64,000 nt of DNA from Chrysomallon squamiferum (GCA_012295275.1 CM022675.1:9672001-9736000), one strand, 5' to 3'; numbered from the stretch's first letter, positions 1 through 14,906 are shown. Notes: generated from the letters alone by a model not told the origin. Program-made: numbers and translations.

Positions 1-2513
1 AAACACAAACAGTTTGTCACATATTGTGTTTCTTAGGTTACTTTTCCCTCTTTTGTTTTGATTCAGGAACCATTTTCTTTCTGTTTGCTTCATGTGGCTG
101 TTCAAGATGCCCACAAAAAATGAATGAAAAATATTCAAATCCATTACAAGCGAATACAACCAATATTCATATAATTAAATTTTTTATACATAAACAATTT
201 ATACTGATTACATTATAATTAAGAACAAACAAAAAAAAATTATGTGTAAGTAATATAATGTGTATGAATATTATATATATATATATATATAAGTAGTTTT
301 GCCTTTGACAAAAACAATTTCATTATAAATATTAATATCAGAAAATTTCAATAATTTACCTAATATTTTAAGAGTAAAATAAGAACAGTATAAAAAATTA
401 GTGTAACCAGTTAATGGTTTAATTATAAATAAGTATTAGTGTTCAACAAATTTTAATAATTTACTGAATAAATTATTTTCAAAATAAAAATTTTCATTTT
501 TAAGACAACGTATCTAATTAGGGTTTACCAATTAAAATGTCCACAGAGTGATTTAATTATAAATACTGTTAGCATCCGACAATTTTACTTTTACATCAGA
601 AGAGCTGAACAGGATGACCGAACACAATTAAAATGGCTACACAGTTATTTTTTTGCTCATTTTGTATTTCACAAAAATTTTTCAGGGCAATCATTTCCAA
701 ATAAAAAATAATGTCTTGTCCATCACAGTATGTCTTAATTAGAATGAAATGCAGGAAAGGGGATCATAAAGATGCTGAAGATAACTATCAATATTTATGG
801 CTCTTTTGAACAAGTCTTTAAAACCGTCAATGCCCCTCAAGGCGTATTCAATTAACAATGACCTAACTTTAATCCCTAAGCACACTTTTGGGTAAGGCCG
901 TTAAAGAACCAATCTGCACCCAGCTGCCCGGGGCTTTTCAGCGAATGGCCTCTAATCTGTCATTAAGTAGCTAGGAAAGTAATTCATCACAATGATCAGA
1001 GTCATTGTTATTTCTCTGCGCTAATCTCTGGTATTCCCGTGAAATCGTCTCGGATCTTCATTTAGCTGCCGGACGTCCTCCAGAGCATTCTGTTTATTTC
1101 TACATCGAGATCCGTCATCTAACTGTTTATGTTATGCATGTGCTAAGTCCTTGGATGCATTCTGTTTACTTGTATGAAGTAGTAAATATTGTTTATTAAC
1201 ATAATGTACAAATAGGAAGCAGGCTCTGGTTGCCTGGTTTCTGAGGTCGTTGCATCATTCACGACTGTTGCCTAGACAGAATTTATTATCAGTCCATAAC
1301 TGGAAAAAGAAAATTGATAATGTCCGGTAACAATAACAAAAAAGAAGATAGAAAGATAGATTTGCCAACAACACAATAATATTATTATTATAATTATTAT
1401 TATTTTTTATTTTTTCAGCCGTACATGAATGTCTGTGTGTGGCACAGAATAAATGGGGTGGAGTGTGTTTAGAAAGAGCGAGTTCAGTCTTCTTTACTCT
1501 GTAGTTTATAAAATGGGCCACTAATAAAATATTTAATATAACTTACAGTTTGTTTGTTTGTTTGTTATTGTTTTTGTTGGGTTTGTATGCTGGGGTCTTT
1601 TTTGGATTTTTTTTTTTATCTTTCTACTCATAATAGAACCAACATCTAACAGTTTCACCACTAAGAAAAAAAAAAAGTAGACTAATAAATACTTTACAAA
1701 TGACTTTTGTATTCTGTACTGAACCCTACAAATATAGTGATTTAAAAACTCATTCTCAATATTTGGTTGTTTTTTTTGTTTGTTTTTTTTGTTAACAGGA
1801 GACAATTTAAGTAAATGATTCTTCTTTCTGAAATAGTTTTAAACACAATTCTGCATTTTCTTCCAACTACTTCACCTTATTTTCACCTGCAGATCGGAAC
1901 ACTCTTAACAAATGTCTCCGTTTTAAATAGTTTTATCATTAAACCACACTGCGTTAGTTTCTGCCATGTCTGTACTGAGGGGGGGGGATTTTTTGCACAC
2001 AGCACTCTCTGTTTAAATGAAGGGTATGTCTTGTTTCAGATAAGTGACTCAAGTATAGGGTATTTTACAAAATGAAGAGGATTTGGAAAAGCATAGGGAA
2101 ACTTTCCATTATTAATTTTTTTTTTTTTTTTTATCCCCAAGTATTTATTAATTCTGCCACATATTCCATATCAATGCAACTTTCCCATTAACTCTCCTTT
2201 TCAACTCCCCATGCAACAATTCTTTTATTATTGTTTTAGTATACAAAAATGCATGTGTCTTTTTGGGTGTTTTTTTTTCTCCACTGGATGTATAAATAAG
2301 AGAATGAATTTAGTAAAAATACCTGTAATATTAAATAAATGCATAACATTAATAATTAAACTGCTCTTTAGTTGTTAATGGCATTTATTTATTTACTTAT
2401 ATTCATATTTTATTTATTTAATATTACAGGCATTTTTACTTAAGTAACTTTATTCTGTAATAAATTTATAAATAATATGATAAAAATATTTTTTTTTAAA
2501 TGATTTTAAAAAA

Positions 2514-2547
<34 letters not shown>

Positions 2548-3293
2548 CAGTAGAATATAAAAATTAATAAATAATACAATAAAAAATATTTAAAAAAAAA
2601 ATAAATAAATAAATAAATAACAATAATAAAAAAAAATATATATAATAAAAATAAAAATAGTAACAACAAAACAAAATAATACTAATAATATGGAGCATAA
2701 TAAAACCAAAAATAATAATACAAACAAACAAATAAATAAAGATGACTTTAGGTAATCTAGCCAGAAAAGAGAGAGAGAGAGAGAGAGAGAGAAAAAAAAA
2801 AAGCTTGGTAAATGCACTTGCTATCAATTAGAGTAGTTTCAACAGTGGGGGCAAAGTTAGTGTTTGTCCAAATTACCTCTCAGGCTCTGCCAAAGTCTGA
2901 CAGAGGGTAATTTAAGTTGAAAGGGGAGGAGTCAAGCAAGCATACCAGCACTGAAAGCATTCTTTTCAAATCATGTATTTTAGGTTGTTTTGTTTGTTTT
3001 TTGTCTAATATTCCTTCTTCTTTTCTTTCTTTCTCTCTCTCTGTCTGTCACTGACTCGGTTCACCACCGAAGATATTTCGTGTCTGTATAAACACAAAAA
3101 GGACAGGGACTTTTTTTTTTTTTTTTTATGTTATTATTATTAATATATTATTTTTTTTATTAACCATCACAGGCCCAGCTTTAAGGGTTGTTTCCAAACA
3201 GAAGTGAAAAATAGTGTGAGTAAGTGTGCCAGTGTTCATTAAGCACACACACACACACATCTTAGTGGCCTGATTTAGATAACTGGGTAGAAG

Positions 3294-3522
3294 GAGGAAC
3301 AGAAATACTGGAAGAAATAAAAACATTTTTTTTTATAAAACACTGTTTGGAGTTTTCATTTATCTCAATAAGAGGTGCAGAAATATTGGAAAAAATAAAA
3401 ACATTTTTTATAAAACACTGTTTGGAGTTTTCATTTATCTCAATAAGAGGAACAGAAATATTGGAAAAAATAAAAACATTTTTTATAAAATTTTGTTTGG
3501 AGTTTTCATTTATCTCAATAAG
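3294..3522. repeat. Tandem repeat, ~75-78 bp x3
   Basis: Units start at ~3294, 3372 and 3447 and share GTTTGGAGTTTTCATTTATCTCAATAAGA. Confidence 0.9.
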
Positions 3523-4902
3523 AATGACGTATATGAACTGTCTTATTTAAACTGATACTACCACTGCTGCTACTACAACAACAACAACTCCCACTACTAC
3601 CACTACCATTTGTACTGCCAGTACTATAACTGCTTCTGCCACAACTACTACTAGTGAATATATTGTTATAACTGATGTTGCAGCTATGATTTATATTGCT
3701 GCTACTGCTACTACTTGTACTACTACTACTGTTGTTGCTACTGCTGCTGCTGCTGCTACTCTTGCTTCTAATGATGCATTTACACAGCTTACAGAACATC
3801 ATCTATTTTTGAATCTGGCTACTTCTGAATTAGACCTGCCATGTTTTAGTTTGCATGATGCCAGTTCGAATCAAACTGTTGCTGTGAACATGTGATCCAA
3901 TTTAAAATTTGTATTTGTTTCAGTTTAACATGACTTTCATTTGTTGTCAAGTCTAAAAGACTACCACAAACACAACTAGTGAAAAGCATATTCTGTACTG
4001 CTGTTTTAAGTTAATAAAAATCAGACAGTGCTTTAGAAATGTATTAATTTGTCTCTGTCAAACACAGTTTCAGTCTTTGTTTTTTATTTATTTTATATTT
4101 AAAGTAAAGATTAAGTCTGCATCCAGAACTTTATACTATCTCTAAATGGTTTGGTATTTGTATTATCACTACTACTACTACTACTACTACTGCTACTACT
4201 ACTACTACTACTACTGCTACTGCTACTAGTAGATTCCACTACTATTACTACTGCTACCATCACTTAAGAAACACACTCTAATTAATTATTTATGAATAAG
4301 GGAAACAAATTTTCACATTTTTCTCAAATATGTGCCTACAACGAGTTTAAAACTGTTTGTGTAAAATGAATAAATATTGTAACAATAATCTATTCCATGG
4401 CTTCCAGAACATTCTTACTTTGACTTAATTAGTCAACAGAAATAGAATTAAATTAAATCAATTAAATCAAGTAAATAAACAAATAACATTATTATTATTT
4501 TGTTTCTCTACATGCTCTTTTGCTGATAAAAATACAACACGAACAAGGAAAAATTTAAAACAAGGCCTACCTTGATAACATATATATATTTACTACATGT
4601 GTGTATTAAAATTTCTAAATAAAAAAATTTAAAAATTAAAAATAAAAAAAAATAAACAAAACAAAAACAGCCTAGCACCCAACTGCTGAATTGTTGAAAC
4701 AAAAGAAAACAAATAAAAAATTTTAAAATTTTTAAAAAAAAAGGAATAAAAAATCCATAGAAGAAAATAATTTAAAAAAAAATAAAAAAAAAATAAAAGA
4801 TAATTTTTTTTTGTTTCGTCTATCATTGAATTTCCTTTGATCTTTCGAACCACCCCTGATAACACCCATGTATCAGGAGACATAACATTCTTCTGCATCC
4901 AG

Positions 4903-5111
4903 CCAATCAAATACTAGTTGCTGTAATCAACCTAAGCTTTAAAGCCAATCAGGCATCAGCTGTCATCATCGATAACCCAATCACTAGCGCTTAATTAAAT
5001 AAATGAATCAGATTTACAATCTCATCTTTTCTGACCATCTGCCATATGTTCCCGTAAAAGAAGCAAACTGATTGGATAATTTTGAATAATTGCCAAACAT
5101 GATTGACCAAT
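4903..5111. promoter_or_regulatory. Cluster of five CCAAT (NF-Y-type) boxes
   Basis: CCAAT at 4903, 4945, 4977 and 5107, ATTGG at 5071. Most have the extended CCAATCA context. Confidence 0.45.
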
Positions 5112-5378
5112 CATCACATAGGAAATATTATAATTTCTCCACCCCCAACCAAACAAACTCATTCATGCAATGTTATTAGGTGGCAGGTGTTAAACTATTC
5201 ACAAAGCATTAATGACTTATTTTTGGCTAAACTTGACAACAAAAGAAATAATCCTATGACTAAAATAGGACGACAATGGGAGAGTAGGACAATAGGCTAG
5301 TAGGAATTAAGAGCAGTATCTCTGTTCACAACATTTCATCACACTCATCTCACACATTGTAACAGATAACAGAATTTA

Positions 5379-5412
<34 letters not shown>

Positions 5413-5774
5413 CAGTGCTAGTAGTAACAATAATTTTAACGATAAATATATAATTTTAATAATTTCTTTATACAACATGCCTTTATGTTAAGAAATGGGA
5501 TTGTATGTAATGCACATATGGTTTTTCAGTTTTCAGTATATTTAAATTAATATGGTTTATATTTTATGTATGTAATATATTTGGTATTGTTAGTACTGCA
5601 ATAAAATATGCTCCAGAAGCCACCTGCTTTAAAAGGACAACATTTTAAATCTCATATTACTACCCAGTATTAAAAAAGTGTGTATTAAATAATGACCTCT
5701 GTTAAAGTCTTAACTTTTAATATTCCCTTTAGTTAACATTTATTTATTTTACACACACAAAAACTGGATAAAAG

Positions 5775-5821
<47 letters not shown>

Positions 5822-6789
5822 AAAAGAAATTTAGAAAGAATATATGTAAAAATTCAATAATACATATTATTCACTGGAGTAAAAAAAAATTAATTTTAGC
5901 AAGATATTTAATGTAATTAACCATCTCTGATTACTTAACCCACAAGCATGAAACGAAATGCTACTGTATTTCTGTTAATTTTCTTTTAATTTCAATGATT
6001 TAAAATTAAAAAAAATAATAATAATAAATAAATACATTTTTTTTTAAAAGAAACAGCAAAGTAATTTGAAACTCCTGAAATGTTGATATGCTGCAGAAAG
6101 AACAAATCTGCCCCAATTTTTTTTTTTTTTTTTTTTTTTAAATCTTTTTTTAAAGTTATCTCATTAAGTGGCTTCCTTCACTGTCAAGTAGCTGTATTTA
6201 TTTTCTTCTTTTTTCTTCTGTTTTCTTCTTTTTTTTTTATCCTCTCAAATTAAACTGAATGCAGGTACAGAAATATTAAAAATTAAGATTTATTATTCAG
6301 TTTAAAATAATGTTATTATCATTAAACAACGATTAAATATACAGTTTTGTAACTTTCAAAAATGTACTAAGTTATGATTTTCAAAATAAAAGTAATAATA
6401 AAACATTAAAAAGATGAAAAATAAGATGAAACTATCTTAAAAATATTATTATCATAGTTATATGTAACTATATACAAATTTTAATTTTTAAACTAAACTT
6501 AAAAAACAAAACAAAATAAAAGGATAATAAAAAAAAAAAAATTAAAAAGAAGAAAAATAAGATGTAACTATCTCAAAAATATTATAAACAGGAAGACACA
6601 AAATCTCTGCCTTTGTTGAATCAGTCATGTGATCCGGGCCAAAATTGGATAATTAGCAAGGAAGGAAATTATGATTTTCAATACGTTTTATATAATTATA
6701 ACTGGAACAGGACAACTAAGATAATAAGAAACAAGTTGTCATCAATTCACAGGATGAGTTTTCATTTTTGCACAAAGTACACATATGCT

Positions 6790-6926
6790 ATGGCCTTTTA
6801 TCATCCCAACTGTGGAGATGTGGTTGGAACATGAAATTGTTCAATGGGTCAACCAAGAAGGATTGATCTGACAACCCTCTTCTGCACCTTCAGCCAAAGC
6901 ACCATCACTGGGCTAAGTTCTACTCC
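6790..6926 (-). mobile_element. Decayed tRNA-derived SINE-like fragment; related remnants near 17300-17375, 42735-42840, 49735-49810 and 52590-52680
   Basis: Recurrent TGGAAC....AGGATTGAWC pattern. The reverse strand gives B-box-like GGTTCAATCC (17331-17340) and GAGTTCAATCC (42782-42792). Highly diverged, so the family assignment is inference. Confidence 0.4.
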
Positions 6927-7615
6927 AGGATGTACAGAAAGCAAACAAGTGGTTCGAGTTCGGGTGTTTAAGAATTTCTATCTCATCATTTACAGTGTGC
7001 ATAGAGATATGCAGTTCACTGGAGCAACAACATAATAACTGATGAAGTGAGATTTTTATAGGGATTCATGCTGGGTGTAAAATTTCAGTTAGCAATATAC
7101 CACTTAATTTTAAAACTGTCAAAAAAGAAAAACCAGATAACACCATGAATGACTGAATGAATGTTTATAGAGACCCCAGCACATAAGAATATATTAGCTA
7201 TTGGGATTCAAACAAAGGTAAATATAATTTAAAAAAATAAATAAAAAAGTTTAGCACTGTCCAAGATTTAGATAATAACAATAACAATAACAAAACCTAA
7301 AAAAAAATAATCCAAATATCATACAAAATCAAAAAAAATCTGAATAACATATAAAATAGAATTTAATTAAGTAATATTAAACAAAAACAAAAAAAGAATA
7401 ATGTTAGTAATCTTTGAAACTTGCATAGACAGTTATGATGTTATTAAACAAAATGTTTGACTCAAACTCTCAAAAACTTTTAAAAGTAATTCCTTAAGAA
7501 ATCATTTCTTGTTTAAATGCTGACATGACAGAAATCCAATACTTCCACTACACAGTTTACTCATTGGCTTATAAGCAAGAGAGATGTTCCAACAGAGGAA
7601 ATCACAAATCACAAA

Positions 7616-7647
<32 letters not shown>

Positions 7648-8251
7648 CAATAGCTGTGGCCTAATGGAAAGTAATTTATCTATGTACATCGGAATATTTT
7701 TAGTACATCTATGCATATTGCACATGTGTGCTTCGAAATGCACTGATGCTGGGATTCGATAACTCTGACTACAGATGTTTTTGACAAATGAAAGGATTAC
7801 CTGCGATGTCGACAATAAGCATGCCACACCAATACAACATCAACTTTCCAGGGTTAAAATCCGTTCAGCGAGAAATTATTTACTAATTGTTAATTTATTT
7901 TTTCTCCTTACTTGAGTATGGTTTAAATTTTAATTAAATATTGTAACAATTTAATTATCTGTATGAACACACACACATGCACACACACAGAGACACAGAC
8001 ACAGACACACACACACATATATATATACACACAACAAATTATTTCAAAAGGATAATTACTTTTTTTAAAACAGTAAGCTATTTTATAAATAAATAAATTA
8101 AATAGTAATTTAATCTTTTTTTTTTGATAAATTAAAATATTGTATTGACTCTAATAAAGGGTAATGAAAAAAAATAGTGTAATGAATTATGAAGCATTAT
8201 AGTCAGAACAGTCTTTATGTCTGTCTGTCTGTGCTTTCATCTCTTACCCTC

Positions 8252-8304
<53 letters not shown>

Positions 8305-8427
8305 TATCCACCCCCTTATATCTCAAGAAGAAAATATTTTCATCAAAAACTATAATAAAAGAGGTTAAGAGTTGCAACAAAATTGGACTGTATTCTGATT
8401 ATTAATTACAAAAAAAAAAAAAAAAAA

Positions 8428-8725
<298 letters not shown>

Positions 8726-9458
8726 ATGGTCAGACACACAAAAAAAAACAAAAAAGTAAAATGAAACCAATATGTTTTCAGAAATAAAGATAACTTTGAG
8801 AAAGAAATTTAATGGGTTTAAAAAAAGGAAGAAACATACACCATAATAACAAAAATTACATTTTGTTTTATCTCTCTCTCTTTCTCTCTATCACACAAAC
8901 ACACTACTGATATAAAAAATACATATATATGAATATATGTATAGGGGGGTCAATAGAAGTTCATCTGGGTCATCTATTTTTAGCTCAACAGGAAACAAAA
9001 CAGTTGTGTAAAAGGGTTAGTGATGGTGGAAAAAAAAAAAAAAAAAAAAACCAGTTTAAAACTGCCAAGTGTGTCTGTGCTAATCTGGTGTTCTACTCCA
9101 CAACAAAAACTGGACCAGCTTCTGAATTTTGTTTAATATTATAAAAAAAATTTTGCTTTACAAATCTAGAAATGTGTTTTGGAAAAAGAAGGTGTATGTG
9201 TGTATGTGTGTGTGTGTGTGTACGTGCTTGAATGTGTTTGTGTCTCAGAAAGTATAAATGTATGCGTGTTAGTGTATTTAATTATATTTAAAACTGTGTT
9301 GTGTACAAGAATGTGTACGTATGTGTGTGTGTCAATTCTCTTCTCAAAACAATAAGTGAATATGCAAGTTCTGAACATGTAATTAATTTAAAACTATTTA
9401 AAGTTTTCTCAAAGAAATTATCAGCAGTAGCAGAAGTAGTAGCAGCAAAGACAGTAGC

Positions 9459-9514
<56 letters not shown>

Positions 9515-10091
9515 CAGTGTAAGTAATAACAGCAGTAGTGTGCATTTCTTTGAATTTTTATGTAATGCTCATTAAACAATTCAAAATATTCTTTTGTTTT
9601 GAACATATGGTATTGTATTATTCCAGACATTTATTCCTTCAGTACCTTTTTTTCTTTAATTACTGAAATCATTCATATTCATTTCTCTCATCCTTAATTA
9701 CCAAAAGAACAATTTCATAAACATTTTATTTGTTATTATTATTATTTTGGTGAATCCAGTGAATATAGCAATTTATCGGCAATTGTTATTCACATATACT
9801 TAATAAAACACAGATTTTTTTTTTTTACTACGTAATTTGTTTTATTTTTATTTAATATAGATTTTTTTTTCTCTCCTGTTTTTTCTTAATAGATTAAATT
9901 TATGTCCACAAGCTGTTGTATGCACAGTATTTGAAGAATGCAAACACAGGATTTTGATGAAAGTTAATCTACGTTGATGATATAAAAGCTAACACATGGC
10001 ATTGTCAAAGTACACAGACAGACATACAAAAGACATATATCCTGTACACATGCTTAAATGCTTTTTTCTCTCTCTCTCAATGTTTTAATTG

Positions 10092-10122
<31 letters not shown>

Positions 10123-10449
10123 GTCTCTATTATATATATTTTATCTCTCTCTCTCTCTCTCTCTCTGAAAATTTTCTAATTGACTGTTTTTGTTTTTTTG
10201 TCTCTATTCTATATATTTTAATTAGTGTGAGTGTATGTGTGTGTGTGTGTTTAACAATAAGCATCATAACAAGAAGAAATAGAAGTAGTAGAAACAACAG
10301 CAATATTAAAAATACAAACAGTATTGTAGCAATAACACTAAAAGCTATGGTAATAGCAGAAATATCAGTACTAACATTTGTAACAGAAATTGTTGTAATA
10401 GAAGCAGTTTCAATAGTTAAACCAAGATGTTAGTATGATGAAAAGGAAA

Positions 10450-11340
10450 TATTGCAGTTGTTGTAGTAGTAGCAGTAGGAGAAGCAGTTTTTGTTCTAGT
10501 GATACCAGCAGTTCAAATAACAGTGCAGTTGTTGTTGTAGAGGCAGTGGTAGTGGTAGGTGAAGAATTGTTGTAATAGCAATAGTGGACACATCAGCAAC
10601 AATTGTAGTTCAAATAACAGTACATTTGTTGTTGTAGTAGCAGTAGTGCACATCAGCAACAACTAAAGTTCAAATAACAGTACAGTAGTTGGTGAAGAAG
10701 TAACAGTTGTGGTAACAGTAGAGAAAAACATCAGTACCTGTAGCAGCAGCATCAGCAACAACTGTAGTTCAAATAACAGTACATTTGTTGTTGTGGTAGC
10801 AGTAGTGCACAAAAGCAACAACTGTAGTTCAAATAACACTACAGTAGCTGGTGAAGAAGTAACAGTTGTGGTAACAGTAGAGAAAAACATCAGTACCTGT
10901 AGCAGCAACATCAGCAACAACTGTAGTTAAAATAACAGTACAGTTTGTTGTTGTAGGTAGTAGTGGTATTAACAGAGAGACCTGCAACAACTAAAGTTCA
11001 AATAACTACAGTTAGTTGTTGTAGTAGCAGACACACCAGCAACAACTGTGGTACCAGCAGCAGTTGTTGTAGTTGCTATAGCAGACATACCAGCAACAAT
11101 TGTAGTTCAAGTAGCAGTACAGTAGTTGTTGCAAAGGCAGTAGTAGTAGTAGTAGTAGGTAGAGAAAAAACAGTTGTAGGAGCAGTACAGTAGCTGTTGT
11201 TGAGACAGTAGTAGTAGTAGTAGTAGCAGTAGTAGGCAGAGAAATAACAGTTGTGGGAGCAGTACAGTAGCTGTTGTTGAGACAGTGGTAGTAGTAGGTG
11301 GAGAACTATTGTAGTAGCAGAAGTAGTAGTAGTACTAGTA
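10450..11340. repeat. Composite minisatellite with ~160-bp higher-order unit
   Basis: Recurrent CATCAGCAACAACTGTAGTTCAAATAACAGTACA core, alternating ~60-bp and ~100-bp units, decaying into (GTA)n. Confidence 0.85.
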
Positions 11341-11733
11341 GAGAACAAATAAATAAATAAGTATGAGAGTTCTGATATCATTACTAGAATGAGCTGTGTG
11401 CAATTACAGATGAATGCTTTTAACCCAAGAGGCTCATTTCCTATATTAACAAGCAAATCAAAGGTCAGCTGTACTCGTGGTTTATAGCCTTTTTATGTTA
11501 TCAGAATCTCAGTTACAGCCACACAAGAGAAACCTGAAGCACTTTCTGGTAAAACGTATAGCAATACACTCCATGTAGGTGCATGCTCTAAATATTGGCA
11601 AATTATTTTAATTTATTTATTTTTTTTTTTTATCTATTTTTTTTTTTTATGTTAATGGGTTCTGTTAGTGTATTTATTAAATTTGATTTTTTTTTTTTTT
11701 TTTATTTTTTTTTGTAATTGATTTGATTAATTG

Positions 11734-11777
<44 letters not shown>

Positions 11778-12119
11778 TCAATTCATTGAAAAGAAGCTAT
11801 CAAAATGACAAATAATTGCTCAGTTCTGTCTAATATTTCCAACTCAGACATACACACATAAACAACGAAAACACATACAAAGAAACAAAAATAAAACATT
11901 AAAACAAAACCCTAATCACAACAAAAACGAACAAACAAAAATAAAACAAAATAAACAAGAGAACACAAAAATAAAATAAACAGTAAAACCAGGATAAAAA
12001 AATAAAAAGATAAAACAAATTGAAAAACCCAAACAAAATAAAGAATTAATTAAAATAAAAACAAACGAAAACAAAATAAAACATTAATTTAATTAAAAAC
12101 AAACAAAACTAAAATAAAA

Positions 12120-12352
12120 AAATAAGACGGACAAAACACAAACTGAAACATGATGAAGATAACGACAAAACTAAAATAATAAACAACACACACACAATAC
12201 TAATTGAAAAACGATGATAACGACAGAACTAAAATAATAAACAAGACGCACACAATACTAATTGAAAAATGATGATAACGACAGAACAAAAATTAAAAAA
12301 AAAAACCAAGATGTACAAAATACAAATTGAAACATGATGATAATGACAAAAC
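12120..12352. repeat. Degenerate ~58-bp tandem repeat x~4
   Basis: Recurrent GATGATAACGACAGAACTAAAATAATAAACAA...ATACTAATTGAAA. Confidence 0.75.
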
Positions 12353-12587
12353 TGCCATCATATAATCCCCGGTAATCATTTAACAAGAACCGGAGGCTAA
12401 AAACATTTTAAGCCCTTGGTCTGACTTCCTCCAGCGAATTCTTTTATCTTAATAGAAAAGCAGCACAAACTGTCCATCCTGTAGCTAAGATCATGGTCCA
12501 GATAGCATCTTATGAATGGCCAAGCCCCAGGCCAGGGGTGTGCGATTTGTACAGGTATGGGCTTGAAGGTGAATGAACTTATAAACT

Positions 12588-12605
12588 TTACCTGGGTGTA
12601 CAGAT
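12588..12605 (-). CDS. Candidate next exon: ICTPR-stop, or a 14-nt microexon 12592-12605
   Basis: Branch-like CTGAC plus CCTTCAG| acceptor at 12606-12607. ATC TGT ACA CCC AGG TAA overlaps a donor CAG|GTAAAG. Confidence 0.35.
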   Translation of the reverse strand: MCTPR

Positions 12606-13118
12606 CTGAAGGATAGTCAGTGTGTGTTTGTGTATACATCTTGGGTAGGTCATGTGTGTGTGTGTGTGTGTGTGTGTCCTCTTTTTTGTTTGTGGGTATC
12701 TAGGTTCTGACATTTGGTGTATGTATACATGTGTATCTGTAAGCAGATGGCCAAAGTCTGTGATGCATATATAAACATGGTTTTCAGTATATTTAAATTA
12801 ATGTGGTTGATATTTTGTGTGTGTAATGCATTGGTATTAAAGTATAGCAATGAAATCTGCTTTAGCAGCCAACTGAAATAAGAGGACTTAAAACTCAGAG
12901 ACTGTCCAGTATAAAACAGTGTTTTTGATAGCCATGGTGTGTGTGCATAAATGCTGACACAGTACACATGCAGTGTGCATGTGCATGTGTGTCTGAATGC
13001 ATTCTGGATAAATGTTGACATCTAAATTATGTTGCCAAGAATATGACATTTAATTCTGAAAAGGAATAAGGACGACAACAGTAATGTTTATATTGAAAAA
13101 TAGTGGTTAAAGACTTAC

Positions 13119-13268
13119 ATTGCGAAAGCTGTTGGTGACATCTTGGTCCTTTAAATCGGGTTTGTCTAGCACCAGCCCGACAACCTTCTTCATGTGAGCC
13201 GTGGGTTTCTCCTCGCACACATCCTCTTCAAGCAACTTGAAGCTCGTAACTTCCTTGTTAGCCTTCAT
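13119..13268 (-). CDS. Candidate first coding exon (exon 13119-13287): MKANKEVTSFKLLEEDVCEEKPTAHMKKVVGLVLDKPDLKDQDVTNSFRN; product not recognised
   Basis: Acceptor TGTTTTTAG| at 13288-13289, in-frame upstream TAA, then ATG at 13268. 50 protein-like codons end at a perfect phase-0 donor AAT|GTAAGT (13117-13118). This frame is not listed in the ORF track. Confidence 0.6.
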
Positions 13269-14853
13269 CCTTCTCTCATTCTTTTATCTAAAAACAGCAA
13301 AACGAATGGTAATTTCTTAATTGTTATTTTTCTGTAATAATATTAATAACAATTTTAATAATAATAATAATAATAATTATTATTATAAAACTTAGAAGAA
13401 TAAATATAATAACCAACAATATTGAAAATGGAATGTCACCCTATTTAGAGTCAAATAAATGGTGATTTTTGTTATAGAGAATAAAGAAAAGGAAAATACT
13501 AAAACAAAAAAATCTGATACTGTAACATATAAATGTACAAAATAAAATAAAATATGAAGTGATGGTGAATGATTACATTTTTGTTTACTTCATCATCTTT
13601 CATCTGAGAGCAAAAATAAAGTCATTGCAGTCATTTTAAACTTCATTTTTTACTCCTTTACATAACACTAATAAAACATATTTCAGATATACAACAGAAC
13701 TCAAAGGTTAAAAACTTTACATAACCCAAATTGTGTTACGTAAATTATAAACTTTTGAATTAATCCAAACCAACATTAAAATATAACACGATTCTTAAAA
13801 ACGAGGGATTATCTCATTATTAAGCAGATTAATCTCTCACAGTAATGGTATTTACTTCAAGATTAATCCCATAATAATAGTGTTTTCTTCCAAGTTTAAC
13901 TAAACAGAGGCTTAATTCTGGATTAGAAGTTAGCACTGTTCTTGGTAACCTTTTTAAATCACACACTGAATCACCTATCTGAAATATTTTTATCTCTACC
14001 AGTAGGTCTCAATAGGCTGCTGAAGACTCTATACTATCAGTATGTTAAGAAGAAAAATTTCTATTAGACATACTCACACAAGTGAACAAACACATGCATA
14101 CACCCGCACACAGATATACACACACACAGATACACACACACACATACAGAGAGACACAAACAGAGTGAATTAATCCTGGTTAAAAGCCAATAATATAAAC
14201 ACAATCTTTGTTCTTCCCAAACAATGGGTTACTGTTATAAAATTAAGAGCAACAGGTACATTTCTATAAGCAATTTCTGCAAGACATGAAAACATATATC
14301 ACAGTATCAGGCAAATCAGGAGGATATGGGGCAAGCAGCAAGGTTGCAACTTTTTTAATATGCACATTTCGTAAGACATAAAAATATGAATACGTTAATC
14401 TTTTATCAATCAGAAGCTTTTGGAAACTGCCCAGTAAGCAAGCTGACTTTTTTTTTTTTATCACATTCAAACCTAGACAAATATTTAACCACCAATATTC
14501 ATACTGAACTGATCGTGTGTGTGTTTATCTCTTTCTCTTTAGTACATGTGTGTCTGTCTGTGTGTGTGTCTGTCTGTCTGTCTATATATAGCTAAATATG
14601 ATGAAATCATTCAGAAGTGGTTGCGTGATGTCGGTGTTCTTTATTTCAACCTTAAAATGTTATCTTCTTTATATCTAATATATACGTGAACTGTACCTAT
14701 GTAGTCATTTGTTTATGCATGCGAGGATTTCAAGTATATATTATTTTATGTATGAATGCACATACTCAACTGTACAGATTTAAAATTATATTATGTATGA
14801 ATGTAAGTATCTATGGAAATGGCATATGTATATAAGTATCTATGCTTATGGGT

Positions 14854-14906
<53 letters not shown>

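Noticed and set aside
7797-7875. Minus-strand donor CAG|GTAATC as a coding exon end
   Set aside because: No convincing acceptor or protein-like frame. It could be regulatory, but this is unsupported.
12397-12639. 80-aa ORF in the track
   Set aside because: Its frame does not fit the phase-0 donor at 13118, it starts in low-complexity intron-like sequence, and it has no recognisable domain.
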